A DNA stretch of 64,000 nucleotides from an uncultured Verrucomicrobiae bacterium (GTDB lineage: Bacteria; Verrucomicrobiota; Verrucomicrobiia; Chthoniobacterales; JAFAMB01), in assembly GCA_963837955.1 (NCBI GenBank), contig CAWIPH010000002.1:4352001-4416000 (forward strand), in the 5' to 3' direction. A program made the position numbers and the translations under genes. A model generated the notes under the pieces. That model was not told the origin of the DNA. It saw nothing but the letters and a program-made list of their open reading frames with translations, and searched no databases. Each line of letters opens with the position of its first letter. Position 1 is the first letter of the stretch. This document shows, piece by piece, positions 1 to 10,330 of the stretch.

Positions 1-2173
1 AAATCTGCGGAACGCTGGGTAGTAACGTGGAAGTAACCCGCGCTAATTCCGGCTTTTCGCGTGCGGCTGCGAGGAAAGTGTTGACGTTTTTCGCGAGGTA
101 CTCGGTACCCCTGTCCCCACGATCTTCCAGGACAAACGACACTCCACCCGCCACGCCAAGACCTGGGATAGCCGGTGGCGAAAAGGCAAAGACGGTGCCT
201 TCAGGAAGAGTGATCAAGTTGAGGTTTAATCGCCCCTTCAGAATCTGGTATTGTTCCGAGATTTTTTTCCTTTTCTCCGCCGGATTTAAGGTTACGAAAA
301 AGAATCCACTGTAACTGCTTTGGACTCCGCTGAGCAGGCTGAAGCCAGCCACCGCCGTGGTATATTCCACTCCTGGTGTTTGGGCTAGAATACCTTCCAC
401 CTTTCGGCAAATTTCATCCGTACGTTGGAGTGAAGCAGCGTTGGGAAGCTGCAAATTAATGTAGAAAAACCCCTGATCTTCATCCGGCAAAAAACTCGTT
501 GGCAACTTCTGGCCAAAAAACAGGGCTAAGCCGGCGAACAGCACCAGGAACACGAGGGCAAATACTGTTCGCCGGGTGAAGATTGCCGCCACGCGAACGT
601 ACCTCTCAGTGGTCCAATCGAAAAGCCGGTTGAACGCGCTGAAGAATCGGGTAACCGGTCCGTGGTTCTGCTTTCGAGGTCGCAGCAAGAGCGCGCATAA
701 CGCTGGGCTTAACGTGAGGGCGTTGAAAGCAGAGAACAGCACCGACACGGCTATGGTAACGGCGAATTGCTGATAAAGCCGTCCGGTAATTCCCGGAATA
801 AAAGCGGTCGGAACGAAAACAGACGCCAAGACCAGCGCGACCCCGATCACCGGGCCGGTGATTTCCTTCATGGCTTTGAGCGTTGCTTCTTTGGCTGAAA
901 GTCCGTCGTGAATGTAGCGCTCGACCGCTTCAACAACCACGATCGCGTCATCGACGACTAGTCCGATTGCTAAAACCAATCCGAACAGGGAAAGAGTGTT
1001 GATCGAGAAGCCTAGCAAAGGAAAAAAGATGAAGGTGCCGACCAACGAAACCGGCACGGCCAGGAGCGGTATCAGCGTTGCTCGCCAGCTCTGCAAAAAC
1101 AAGAAAACCACCAAGGCCACCAGACCCAGCGCTTCTATTAGCGTCTTAATCATCTCGTGAATGCCAGCGGTCACCGGCTGCGTCGTATCGAGAGCAATCA
1201 CGTAGTCAAGCCCCTGCGGGAATCGCGGCTTGAGCTCCGTCAGGAGTTTCTTGACGCCCTCAGCTGCCAATAGCGAGTTCGTCCCGGGTAGCTGATAGAG
1301 CGCGATGATGGAACTCGGCTGTCCGTTCATTCGAGCTCGCGTCGAATAGACCTGGGAACCGAGTTCCAACCTGGCTAGATCTCCGAGTCGAACAGTCCCA
1401 CCCGTTGAACTCTCACGGACAACTATCTGACCAAATTGCTCGGGAGTGACCAGCGACCCGCGAGCCACCGCCATGTACGTAAATTCTTGACCACGCGGCG
1501 CCGGTTCGCCTCCCGCCATACCAACAGGATTAACGGTATTCTGCTGTTGGACGGCGCTGATTACCTCCGGCACACTGATATTGAACCGGGCCAGTTGATC
1601 AGGCTTCAACCAGATGCGGATCGCGTACTGACCAGACCCGAAGACCTGCACATTCGAAATTCCGGGAATGCGCGTGAGCTGATCATTCAGATTTATGTAA
1701 GCGTAGTTAGTAAGAAATTCCGAATCGTAGCGTCCGTCGGGCGCACGCAGCGCGATCAGCATGAGCGGAGCGGCAAATGATTTTTGAACGCTGACACCCT
1801 GAGCCACGACTTCGGGCGGAAGTTGGGCACTCGCCTGAGCCTGCCGCATCTGCGTCAGTATCTGGTCGGTTTTCGGGTCACTCGTTTCGTCGAAGTTTAC
1901 CCTGAGCTTCATCTGCCCGGTATTCGCGTTGAGCGAATACATGTAGTTCATTTTATCTACGCCGCTGATCTGCTGCTCAATCGGCGTTGCTACCGACTGC
2001 TCCACCGTGATCGCATCGGAGCCAGGATCGGTAGCCGACACGACAATTTCCGGTGGCGTTATATTTGGAAATAGGGATACCGGAACAAAAGCAAGAGAGA
2101 CGAGACCGACGATGATGGTGATGAGAGAGATGACGATTGCGAGAATCGGACGGCCAATAAAAAAGGCGGACAT
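1..2173 (-). CDS. RND (HAE1/AcrB-like) efflux permease, 3' part runs off the window
   Basis: Missing from the ORF track because it has no stop in the window. Manual translation from ATG 2173 gives MSAFFIGRPILAIVISL...SLFPNITPPEIVVSATDPGSDAITVEQSVATPIEQQISGVDKMNYMYS, a typical AcrB N-terminus. The same frame reads ...PELARVTSTLLPSVPQI at the window edge. Confidence 0.95.
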   Translation of the reverse strand, partial: MSAFFIGRPILAIVISLITIIVGLVSLAFVPVSLFPNITPPEIVVSATDPGSDAITVEQSVATPIEQQISGVDKMNYMYSLNANTGQMKLRVNFDETSDPKTDQILTQMRQAQASAQLPPEVVAQGVSVQKSFAAPLMLIALRAPDGRYDSEFLTNYAYINLNDQLTRIPGISNVQVFGSGQYAIRIWLKPDQLARFNISVPEVISAVQQQNTVNPVGMAGGEPAPRGQEFTYMAVARGSLVTPEQFGQIVVRESSTGGTVRLGDLARLELGSQVYSTRARMNGQPSSIIALYQLPGTNSLLAAEGVKKLLTELKPRFPQGLDYVIALDTTQPVTAGIHEMIKTLIEALGLVALVVFLFLQSWRATLIPLLAVPVSLVGTFIFFPLLGFSINTLSLFGLVLAIGLVVDDAIVVVEAVERYIHDGLSAKEATLKAMKEITGPVIGVALVLASVFVPTAFIPGITGRLYQQFAVTIAVSVLFSAFNALTLSPALCALLLRPRKQNHGPVTRFFSAFNRLFDWTTERYVRVAAIFTRRTVFALVFLVLFAGLALFFGQKLPTSFLPDEDQGFFYINLQLPNAASLQRTDEICRKVEGILAQTPGVEYTTAVAGFSLLSGVQSSYSGFFFVTLNPAEKRKKISEQYQILKGRLNLNLITLPEGTVFAFSPPAIPGLGVAGGVSFVLEDRGDRGTEYLAKNVNTFLAAAREKPELARVTSTLLPSVPQI

Positions 2174-2175
2174 CG

Positions 2176-3447
2176 CTAACGCCCCTGCGACGGTGTTGGC
2201 GAAGTCCAAGCCACCGGTTTGACCACGTCGCCGTCGCGAATCTTTTGCATTCCTTCGACAACGACCTGGTCACCGACTTTTAATCCATCCTCAATCACCC
2301 ACAGAGAACCTACCTTTTCACCTACTACCACTTGCCGAATCTGTGCTCGATTCCCTCCATCGACTACCGCCACCTCGTAACTCGTTTGCAACTCATTCAC
2401 CGCCCGCTGCGGCACCAGGAGAGCGCCTTGGGTATTCTTGACGGTGACCCGAACGCGAACGAACTGGCCCGGACGCAAAATATTATTCGGGTTAGAAAAC
2501 AACGCCGCCAGCCGGATGGTACCCGTCTGTTGATCCACATCCCGATCGATTGTGGCAAACTTGCCTTGAACGGGGTAGAGCGAACCATCGGCCAAAATGA
2601 TTTCAACCGGGGGAGCTAATTCTCCAGTCGTGCGTGCACTCTCAATTTTTCGCGCAAGCTTCAGGTAGTCTTGCTCGCTAATCCGCAAGTAGGCCTTGAT
2701 TGGATCGACCGTCGACATGGTCATGAGCGGCTGGGCATCATTCGGACCAACTAGATCTCCAATACCTGGATTCGCGATCCCGGTGACGCCGCTGATCGGT
2801 GCCGTGATTTTGGTGAATTGCAGATTCAACTCCGCCTGGCGCACTGCTGCCTGCTGCGCCTTTACTTCAGCTTTCGCGGCTGCATTTGATTGAACTGCGT
2901 TGTCCCGACTCTGCTGGCTTTCCACCTTTTTCTCAAAGAGCTCGGTTTCGCGTTTCTCGGTCTGCTCGGCTTGCAATTGGTTAGCCTCGGCCTGGGCTAG
3001 TGACGACTTAGCCTGTTCCAGCGCAGCCTCGTAGGTACTTGGATCGATTTGAAACAGGAGGTCGCCTTGCTGGACGACCGCGCCCTCTTTGTAGTCTTTC
3101 GAAATCAGATGGCCGGAAACGCGTGCTCGAATATCAGCGTTAACCGAGCCATCCAAAGATCCAATCCATTCACGAACCACCGGGACATCCTGCTGTGAAA
3201 CTTCCATGACGAGCACTTCCTGCGGCTGATTTAGAACCGCATTGGTAGCGGGTTTCGAACAGGCCGAGAAAAGCGCGAGAACCGCACCTAATTGCGCAAG
3301 AGCACCGGCAGAAATCAGGGATCTTAGCGGCCTTCGGAAAGTGGATAGGCGCCGGCGGATCAAACGCCAAGGTACCCTCGCTGTCGCTCGAACAGAAAGT
3401 CGTCCGACCGATTGCGCCAGCCACTTCATAAATCGCGTGTGAGGCAA
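2176..3447 (-). CDS. RND membrane-fusion (periplasmic adaptor) lipoprotein; true start probably downstream of 3447
   Basis: IRARVSG, GDLLFQIDP, TKITAPISG, LRPGQFVRV and VPQRAV motifs; LFSAC lipobox; directly upstream of the RND permease. Confidence 0.93.
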   Translation of the reverse strand: MPHTRFMKWLAQSVGRLSVRATARVPWRLIRRRLSTFRRPLRSLISAGALAQLGAVLALFSACSKPATNAVLNQPQEVLVMEVSQQDVPVVREWIGSLDGSVNADIRARVSGHLISKDYKEGAVVQQGDLLFQIDPSTYEAALEQAKSSLAQAEANQLQAEQTEKRETELFEKKVESQQSRDNAVQSNAAAKAEVKAQQAAVRQAELNLQFTKITAPISGVTGIANPGIGDLVGPNDAQPLMTMSTVDPIKAYLRISEQDYLKLARKIESARTTGELAPPVEIILADGSLYPVQGKFATIDRDVDQQTGTIRLAALFSNPNNILRPGQFVRVRVTVKNTQGALLVPQRAVNELQTSYEVAVVDGGNRAQIRQVVVGEKVGSLWVIEDGLKVGDQVVVEGMQKIRDGDVVKPVAWTSPTPSQGR

Positions 3448-3567
3448 GACTTCCGAACTTTTGAGAAGGTAGACATCCTAATGATCTCTCGGTATTTGGC
3501 TCAAGAGAGAAACAGCAAAAGTCGCAGAAACAGGGGATTGACGAAAAACCAAATGTGTCCCGCCCAA

Positions 3568-6030
3568 CTAATCGCGGCGACGAGTTCTGCCATTTCCTCC
3601 GCGCGCTGAACCACTGGAAGTCGAACCACTGGTTCGTCTCTGCTGGTAGTGCTGCTGGGCATTGGCATTTTGGGCGCCTCGTTGACGCCCAGATGCCTCG
3701 CGGTTGAGACTGTTAGTCAGTTCGTCAGAGGGTTGTTTTGTCGTGTTACCGGAATTGCTCTTTTTTCCCGCGTTATCTCGTGCATTCCCTGGAGAGGGCT
3801 TATTCTGGGCGCTTCCCGGCGTAGTGCCGCCATTTGCCCCTCTGCGATTGGTCTGTTGGCCCGGCGTAGAGGCGCCATTTGCACCCCGACCCTTGTTTTG
3901 TTGTCCCGGCGTAGATGCACTATTTGCACCCCTCTTGGGATTGGTTTGCGGGTTTTGACTGGAGAGATTGTTTTGTCCCGACTGATTTGCCTGCTTGTTC
4001 CCAGTGGGCGGATTAACCGGATTCCATTGACCGTTATTCCACTTTGACCAATCGCCGTTATCGTCGCGCTTATAAACGTTTCCGTCATGTCCGGCGTAGA
4101 GGTTATCCTGCCCTTTTACAACGCCAGTGCTGCCGTAGTTCGTCACCACGTGACCCGTTTGAATCGTTTGGTCGCCCCGGGTGATTGTGGAGGTCCCCCA
4201 TTGCGCATAGTAACCATGCCCTTGCTGGGTGCTCCATGAGGTATTGGTGCTAGGATTATAACCCCAGGCACTAGTTCTTCCGCCGTAGGGATATTGTTGC
4301 GTGTAGGCGCGGCCGTATGCACCGGTCGAAGGATTGTACCAGGCGGCGCGCCCGACTGTGCTATACGGACCATAGGCGTAGCCGCCGATCGCATAAGTGC
4401 CCACATAGGGGTAGTAGACCGCGGAAACACCATAGGTCGCATAGTAAGGACGGTAAATCGGTACCGGCCCGGGATAGATATAGGGCGGGTAGTAGTAGCC
4501 AGTTCCCCAGACCAGAGCTGCTCCCGTGGCAACTCCCGCGATGTAGGCGCCAGAATAGCCAGCTGTATAACTGCAGACGACCTCTTCCTGGTTTGATTTC
4601 TCTACTTTCACGTAGGTCACGTGATAGACCGGGCTACTGGGTGGGATCGAATAGATCGGCTCCGGCACGTCGGTCACGATCTTCCAGGGACCATTGGGTG
4701 AACTCGAGACAAACCAGACCGCGTTTAAACAAAGGTAATATTGATCGGCTAGCCGGATTACATCGGCATTCGCATTGGCCGCGTAACTTAAATCGGTGCC
4801 GGCGATCGGAACAAATTCCGGTTCACCGGTGTACTCGACCTTTGCTTTACTCTCTGCTTCAGCCCGCTTGACCACGGCAACCGTGGGAACCTGAGCAAGT
4901 AGCACCGCATCCTTCGATTCGTCCGTGCCAGGAACAGACGCTAGAACTTCGGACATCTCGCTTCCACTTGGGATCTTCGAAAAATCCTCCGGTAAGTCAT
5001 TGCCGGCGTATGTCCATGGGCCTTCCAACTTTGGAGCACGGAACCAACGCCCGGTGACCAGATAATAGAACTGTCCATCGGCCGAATCCTTAAATACCCA
5101 ACTGTTAGTGTTCGTCGCGTAGCTCAGCTGTGTCTCCTGGATTTTCTTATAAGTAGGCTCGCCGGCAAAAGCGATCAGCTCGGCCGGCTGATTCGTAAAA
5201 AAGACTTTCGGCACTTTGGAAGTTTTTGTTGTCTTGGAGGCAGCAGCTTTCTGCACGTGTTCCCAACCATCCGCCGCAGAGAGTTTAGAGAAATCCCCAG
5301 GAAGCTTTGCGGCCACGCTCCAGGTACCATCCAATGATTTCGCGGTTAACCAGGTTTGGTCGACCAGTAAGTAATATTGAGATTCGGATGGTTCGAAAAA
5401 TAGATCCCACCCGGTGTTCAGAACAAACTGAAGTTTCGAGCCCTTAATTGGAGCCAGAACCGGTTTATCGGCCACAAATAACAGGATTGCGGGTTGCGTA
5501 GTCACAAATATTACCGGTGGTTCTGTTTTCACTGGCACCGGTTTCACGTTTTCCTGGCCGGATTGCACGCTTGCGACCAAGCGGTCAAGTGAGACAGTGA
5601 GCGGCTTCCCGGGAAAATTCGATTTAAGTATCGTTTCCATCTTGGCTGCTTCGTCGTCAGACAAAGAAGGGAAACGAACGGCAACGATCTCAATGTTATT
5701 GATCAGAACAGTGCGTTTCTCGAGGTCGGTAACAGTGTCGCCTTTTAGCTCCTCTATTCCGACCGCTGGTTTTCCCCCTTTGGGAGTAAGCGTGAAGGCA
5801 ACGCGTGCCCGTAACTCTCGCAGATTTTTCCATTCATCAACTTGCGGTTGGTAATAAACAAAACGAACGCCGTTCCGATCAACTTCGCGAGGCCAGCCCG
5901 GGTCGAGCGACTTTGCTTCGGATTCTGGATAGGCTGATTTCTTTGTGGAATCCAGACAGAGCGCTGTTTTGGGCCAAAGCGGCGACAGAAGACTGCCAAC
6001 CAAGAGCGTAAAAAGGAAAGATGGTTTCAT
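3568..6030 (-). CDS. Large secreted protein of unknown function with a Tyr/Gly-rich region and low-complexity N/Q/G/S tail (similar proteins are often labelled carbohydrate-binding family V/XII)
   Basis: 887-aa ORF; likely start MKPSFLF at 6030 with a signal peptide; repeated 'YYL..GxW...L.GPW' beta units. Confidence 0.75.
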   Translation of the reverse strand: MKPSFLFTLLVGSLLSPLWPKTALCLDSTKKSAYPESEAKSLDPGWPREVDRNGVRFVYYQPQVDEWKNLRELRARVAFTLTPKGGKPAVGIEELKGDTVTDLEKRTVLINNIEIVAVRFPSLSDDEAAKMETILKSNFPGKPLTVSLDRLVASVQSGQENVKPVPVKTEPPVIFVTTQPAILLFVADKPVLAPIKGSKLQFVLNTGWDLFFEPSESQYYLLVDQTWLTAKSLDGTWSVAAKLPGDFSKLSAADGWEHVQKAAASKTTKTSKVPKVFFTNQPAELIAFAGEPTYKKIQETQLSYATNTNSWVFKDSADGQFYYLVTGRWFRAPKLEGPWTYAGNDLPEDFSKIPSGSEMSEVLASVPGTDESKDAVLLAQVPTVAVVKRAEAESKAKVEYTGEPEFVPIAGTDLSYAANANADVIRLADQYYLCLNAVWFVSSSPNGPWKIVTDVPEPIYSIPPSSPVYHVTYVKVEKSNQEEVVCSYTAGYSGAYIAGVATGAALVWGTGYYYPPYIYPGPVPIYRPYYATYGVSAVYYPYVGTYAIGGYAYGPYSTVGRAAWYNPSTGAYGRAYTQQYPYGGRTSAWGYNPSTNTSWSTQQGHGYYAQWGTSTITRGDQTIQTGHVVTNYGSTGVVKGQDNLYAGHDGNVYKRDDNGDWSKWNNGQWNPVNPPTGNKQANQSGQNNLSSQNPQTNPKRGANSASTPGQQNKGRGANGASTPGQQTNRRGANGGTTPGSAQNKPSPGNARDNAGKKSNSGNTTKQPSDELTNSLNREASGRQRGAQNANAQQHYQQRRTSGSTSSGSARGGNGRTRRRD
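3815..3933 (-). repeat. Three 45-bp in-frame tandem repeats (RGAN(S/G)xxTPGxx)
   Basis: cccggcgtag recurs at 3815, 3860 and 3905. Confidence 0.85.
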
Positions 6031-6324
6031 AAGAGGGGGGAGAGATCGCGTGAAACGCTGGGCAGAAAACGGGTGTATCAGAACCAGGAGTATAAGCCTA
6101 GGGATAACCACCGGGATCAGCCTAAATTGGAGCAACTTCTGCCTCCTCCGCTCCATATGTGAAACGCCATGATGACTCCTCAAGTGACACGCATCCCCCG
6201 GGCTAGCACGATGACCGGAGTCACGGGACACCAGTCGGCTTCGTTCGTCTGCTCAGATGAATAAGCTGGTAAAATCGATGCCGGGCCCACTACGCTTGCA
6301 GCGAGAGTCGCGAGTCAGCGCTCG

Positions 6325-7605
6325 ATGGACTATTTCTTCCACAGCTATCCAAAGGAATTAGCGAAACAGATCGCTTCTCGATGGGGGTCTGCTTCAGATG
6401 TACTCGATGCGCTTCCGCCGGAAGAGGCGCTTGCTTCGTTCTTGAGTGAAGCGTACCAGGCGAGCTTACTTCGCGAGGAGGGCCGTTCCGTTATCTGCCG
6501 CCTGATTCTCATCGATCCGATCGAACTCAGCGACGAAGTTGGACCGCCGAAAGGATTACATGTCCTAAAATTCCGCGAGGAGAGGTCGATGCATGAGGAA
6601 GAGATCAGGCGCCTAAGCCCGACTGCAACTTTTTATCGGTCGTTGATAGGAGTGCGCTGGGACCCTAATAAGGGTTTTTTAATTTGGGGGATTATCAATT
6701 CCGGTTCCCGCTGGATTCACCAGACTGACGGTGGACGCTTGCGCTGCCCGGTCGTTCCGGATCGATTAATTATCCACGTCCGCGGACCGGGTAGTTTAAT
6801 TGTTTTAAGAGGCGAAAATCGCGTGGCCACACTGATCAATGGAAAACTCCAAGGCCATGGCTTCAACATCTACGAAGCAAGTTGGCTGGCGAAGCTGCAA
6901 GAGAGATTCGCTAAGTGGGTGCTGCACGAATGCTTCAAGGACCACCACCACTCGGGCGCAACGGTGGAACTGGATTTCACCCGAATCCTTGCCCAAAATG
7001 TGATGAGGCGAGTGATTAGCCAGGTTAGACGCGCACGACACGGCGGCATGATGATCATCGTAGCGAGCCCGAACTGGGATAAGCTGGTCCGTTCGGACGG
7101 GCCCATTTGCCCGAAGTACTGGATCGAAGACACCAAGGCGCGACGTCGTTACCGAGAGCTGATTTTTTCTGCTGTTCGGACTCTTTCAGAGATTGGAGCG
7201 GAGCGCGGTTTCCGAACAGTTGGCTGGAAGCAGTATCAGGAAATCAGCGACGATCGCTTAGCCGAAATCGATGATGCCATCTTCGAATGCGCACATCTAC
7301 TCGCAGATCTCATGGCGGTGGATGGTGCGCTCGTTCTCACCGCCACACGGGATATCATCGGATTTGGCGCGGAAGTCCACGTGCCGACCCAAGAAAATGA
7401 AATTGTCTACCGAGCGCTCGATATCGAAGCCGAGCAGGTAGTACCAGAGCGTGCGGACAATGCCGGGACTCGGCACCGCGCTGCCTACCGGCTGACCAGA
7501 GACTATCCGGAATGCATGGTCACAGTAGTATCGCAGGACGGCAGTGTGCGATACGTGGGGAATCCGAACGGGAAAATTACATATTGGGACGTCCTCTCAA
7601 TCTAG
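6325..7605 (+). CDS. Diadenylate cyclase (DAC/DisA_N) domain protein with an N-terminal putative sensor domain (DACNV-like)
   Basis: C-terminal AVDGALV (DGA) and GTRHRAA (RHR) motifs plus VVSQDG; N-terminal YQASLLREEGR is typical of this architecture. Confidence 0.8.
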   Translation: MDYFFHSYPKELAKQIASRWGSASDVLDALPPEEALASFLSEAYQASLLREEGRSVICRLILIDPIELSDEVGPPKGLHVLKFREERSMHEEEIRRLSPTATFYRSLIGVRWDPNKGFLIWGIINSGSRWIHQTDGGRLRCPVVPDRLIIHVRGPGSLIVLRGENRVATLINGKLQGHGFNIYEASWLAKLQERFAKWVLHECFKDHHHSGATVELDFTRILAQNVMRRVISQVRRARHGGMMIIVASPNWDKLVRSDGPICPKYWIEDTKARRRYRELIFSAVRTLSEIGAERGFRTVGWKQYQEISDDRLAEIDDAIFECAHLLADLMAVDGALVLTATRDIIGFGAEVHVPTQENEIVYRALDIEAEQVVPERADNAGTRHRAAYRLTRDYPECMVTVVSQDGSVRYVGNPNGKITYWDVLSI

Positions 7606-7666
7606 CGGGCAGCTAACGAAAGGTATGGTGAGGCTCGAAGGGTAAGTCTCGATCTCTATCTCGCAC

Positions 7667-9325
7667 ATGATTGTTGCTACTCAAAACCTTTGGCGCCCCC
7701 GACTCAATTTACTTTGCGGCGCAACGTTAGTTGTCATTCTTCTTTTTTCTGGCTGCGCTTCCCAGCCGGAATCGATTACTGGGGAAACACCGAACCTGAC
7801 GCTGCAGCGCGAACTTCATCGTCTGGAGATCAGTAAGCGAGATGATCAGCAGCAATTAGCCGACTACCTGCGGATCGCAGAAATCACGTCAAAACGATTG
7901 GAGGAAAAACAGTCGGGCCCGGACCACGCAGGTAATGACTTACTGATTACAACCTACAACCGGGCCGTGGCCGATTTCGTTGTCAGTTGGTCTCATCAAA
8001 ACCGGCCGCAGGAAATCCACGATGCCAGAAATGGCCGGAACACACATCTGTTGATTTCGCGTTCACCGGATACAACTTGGTCACCGAGTTATTTCGCAAG
8101 TTTCGGAAATGCTTGGCGGGTCGATCGCCGGCGTTTCTGGAAATCTACCGATCGATCCGGCTTAGGCGGAACCCTGATCGGCATTCACCCGACAGTAACC
8201 GCGGGAGGAGTACCTCAACGACTGGAGCCTCCTAAGGGATTTCGCATTGCCGTCACAGCCCTTCTCCGATTCACGGGCCGCCCAAAGCCGAACGAAACAG
8301 AGGCTCAATTGGAACTGGTGAATCCGCGAATCCAGGATTCCGTCCGGCTGAGAAAACGTAGATTCTCGCTAGCTGCCGATTTCACCGCCCCTGCGGCTGC
8401 CTACGCCAGGATCAACGCATTCTGGGCAGGCATCGTGAACATGGTCCTAGGCGAGAAAACGCAAGCCCAATCAGGGCTCTATCTGCTGGAGCCGTACGAT
8501 CCAAATCGCATTCCCGTAGTATACGTTCACGGATTGCTCTCATCGGGCTATACCTGGCTAAACGTTAGCAACGCTGTTCGAGCGGATCCACAGATCCGAA
8601 AGCGATATCAGGTCTGGATCTTCTTTTATCCGACCGGAAACCCCATCCTCTATTCCGCGCTACGATTGCGCGAAGACCTCGCTCTAGCTCAGAAAAAGTA
8701 TGGTCTGGAACACGGGATCGTTCTGATAGGACATAGCATGGGCGGCATCCTATGCCGGCTTCAGGCAACAGACATTGGTCCGGCAGATTGGACGGCAGTT
8801 TTCCATGCACGTGCAACAGAGCTTCTCCCTCTCGTTGAGGCAAGACCGGTGCTGCGAGACGCATTGCTCTTCCGTGCAAATCCTCTCGTAAAACGAATCA
8901 TCTTTATTTCAACTCCCCATCGGGGAAGTGCCATCGCCTCGGGGGGCATCGGTGCCCTCGGTGATCGGTTGATCCGTCTGCCGGCAACTATCACCAATGG
9001 TGTACCTCGACAAATAGCGCGGCTTGCCAATGCCAGGGGGATGAGGATTCCCACCAGCATCGACGGGCTGTCTCCTAAGTCTCCGTTATTTAAGGTATAT
9101 GACCGGCTAGCCATTCGTTCGCCGCACCATTCCATTATTGGCGATCGAGGTAGAGGCGACACCCCAAATAGTTCGGATGGCGTTGTACCGTATTGGAGTT
9201 CACATCTCGATACAGCGAGGTCCGAATTGATCGTCCCGACCGGGCACGGCGCAATGGAGAGCCCTCTCGCTATAGCGGAGATCCAGCGAATTCTGCGTTT
9301 AAACGCCAGCTTGCCTGCTCGTTAA
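7667..9325 (+). CDS. Alpha/beta hydrolase lipoprotein (lipase/esterase-like)
   Basis: FSGC lipobox, VHGLLS oxyanion motif, GHSMGG nucleophile elbow, STPHRGS, SDGVVPY and a C-terminal His. Confidence 0.88.
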   Translation: MIVATQNLWRPRLNLLCGATLVVILLFSGCASQPESITGETPNLTLQRELHRLEISKRDDQQQLADYLRIAEITSKRLEEKQSGPDHAGNDLLITTYNRAVADFVVSWSHQNRPQEIHDARNGRNTHLLISRSPDTTWSPSYFASFGNAWRVDRRRFWKSTDRSGLGGTLIGIHPTVTAGGVPQRLEPPKGFRIAVTALLRFTGRPKPNETEAQLELVNPRIQDSVRLRKRRFSLAADFTAPAAAYARINAFWAGIVNMVLGEKTQAQSGLYLLEPYDPNRIPVVYVHGLLSSGYTWLNVSNAVRADPQIRKRYQVWIFFYPTGNPILYSALRLREDLALAQKKYGLEHGIVLIGHSMGGILCRLQATDIGPADWTAVFHARATELLPLVEARPVLRDALLFRANPLVKRIIFISTPHRGSAIASGGIGALGDRLIRLPATITNGVPRQIARLANARGMRIPTSIDGLSPKSPLFKVYDRLAIRSPHHSIIGDRGRGDTPNSSDGVVPYWSSHLDTARSELIVPTGHGAMESPLAIAEIQRILRLNASLPAR

Positions 9326-10101
9326 CCCATCTTCCTTCGAAGCTCTACCAACATCCGGTCGGTAGCATTGAGTCGAATGAATCCGATGCGCGGAAATTCG
9401 ATGTCGAGAATGACATAAATTGTCACGGTGATCACTGCCGCGAACACAATGATGTGCAACCAGCTGCGCACCTTCGCCTCAGCCATCCCATACCCGGCGA
9501 TCAACGAACTAACCAACGCAAGTCCAACCAGGATAGCGTAGATCATTAAAGGCGGGTGCGTATTAGCTGCCACGAACCGGATCGTCGAATTTGCGATCCA
9601 TTCGTTAATCGCCGGAAGGAGAATGTACGCGGCAGTCGACTGGCTGTTCGGATTTCGGCACGCAGCGATTACCTGGTTTTGAATATCGAGCTTTAAGGCC
9701 GAAGCTCGCGCGTATGCCCGTTTGGCCAAACGAATATCGGGCAGCGCCTTAATAGCTTCCAGTTCCGCGTCGAGGTAGCGGCGAAAACTTTCTTTGAATT
9801 TTGTCTGAATCGGGTCAGGAAACAGATCGAGGAGATAATAGGCTTTGCTGAGAGTATTAACCTCTTGAACAGCTAACTGTTTCCGCGCATCAAATCGCGA
9901 TGCGGCTCCGGAAAAGGTGAAGGCAAGAAGGAGCCCGAGCAGACTAAAAACGACTCCTACGACCGCGCCGAGGCCAGCCTTTGCACCCTCAGGATCCACC
10001 GTCATTCGCCGGACAGCGATCCCACGCCCGACCTCGAGCAGCAGCAACATCGCGCAAAACAATCCGACGGCAAACAAGATCGCAAATAGTGTGTAACTCA
10101 T
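9322..10101 (-). CDS. DUF4239/bestrophin-like membrane protein
   Basis: Four hydrophobic segments; LLGLLLAFTFSGAASRFDARK and ILDIEFPRIGFIR motifs. Confidence 0.75.
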   Translation of the reverse strand: MSYTLFAILFAVGLFCAMLLLLEVGRGIAVRRMTVDPEGAKAGLGAVVGVVFSLLGLLLAFTFSGAASRFDARKQLAVQEVNTLSKAYYLLDLFPDPIQTKFKESFRRYLDAELEAIKALPDIRLAKRAYARASALKLDIQNQVIAACRNPNSQSTAAYILLPAINEWIANSTIRFVAANTHPPLMIYAILVGLALVSSLIAGYGMAEAKVRSWLHIIVFAAVITVTIYVILDIEFPRIGFIRLNATDRMLVELRRKMG

Positions 10102-10265
10102 ATCGACTTTGCTTTTCCACGTCGGCGTGACCTCGTTTGCGATTGTCCTTGCGGAAGAGGAAAACGGCAGATTATAGGCACATTCAAGTTCGCTCGGTCG
10201 AGAACGGACTCATTCGGCGTCTAGATCAAGTTGGGCGAGACGTGGTCACGGCAACTTGCAAACGC

Positions 10266-10294
10266 AATCGGCCCGCAGATTCTGCGGGCCGATT
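10266..10294. terminator. Hairpin downstream of dhaL, likely terminator of the polyol operon
   Basis: aatcggcccgcaga-t-tctgcgggccgatt perfect inverted repeat. Confidence 0.65.
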
Positions 10295-10330
10295 ACTAAT
10301 CCCCAACAACTGCAAGAAACTGGCCTAACC

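Noticed and set aside
27..2273. Short ORFs listed in the track
   Set aside because: They are shadows of the RND permease, which the track missed because it has no stop in the window.
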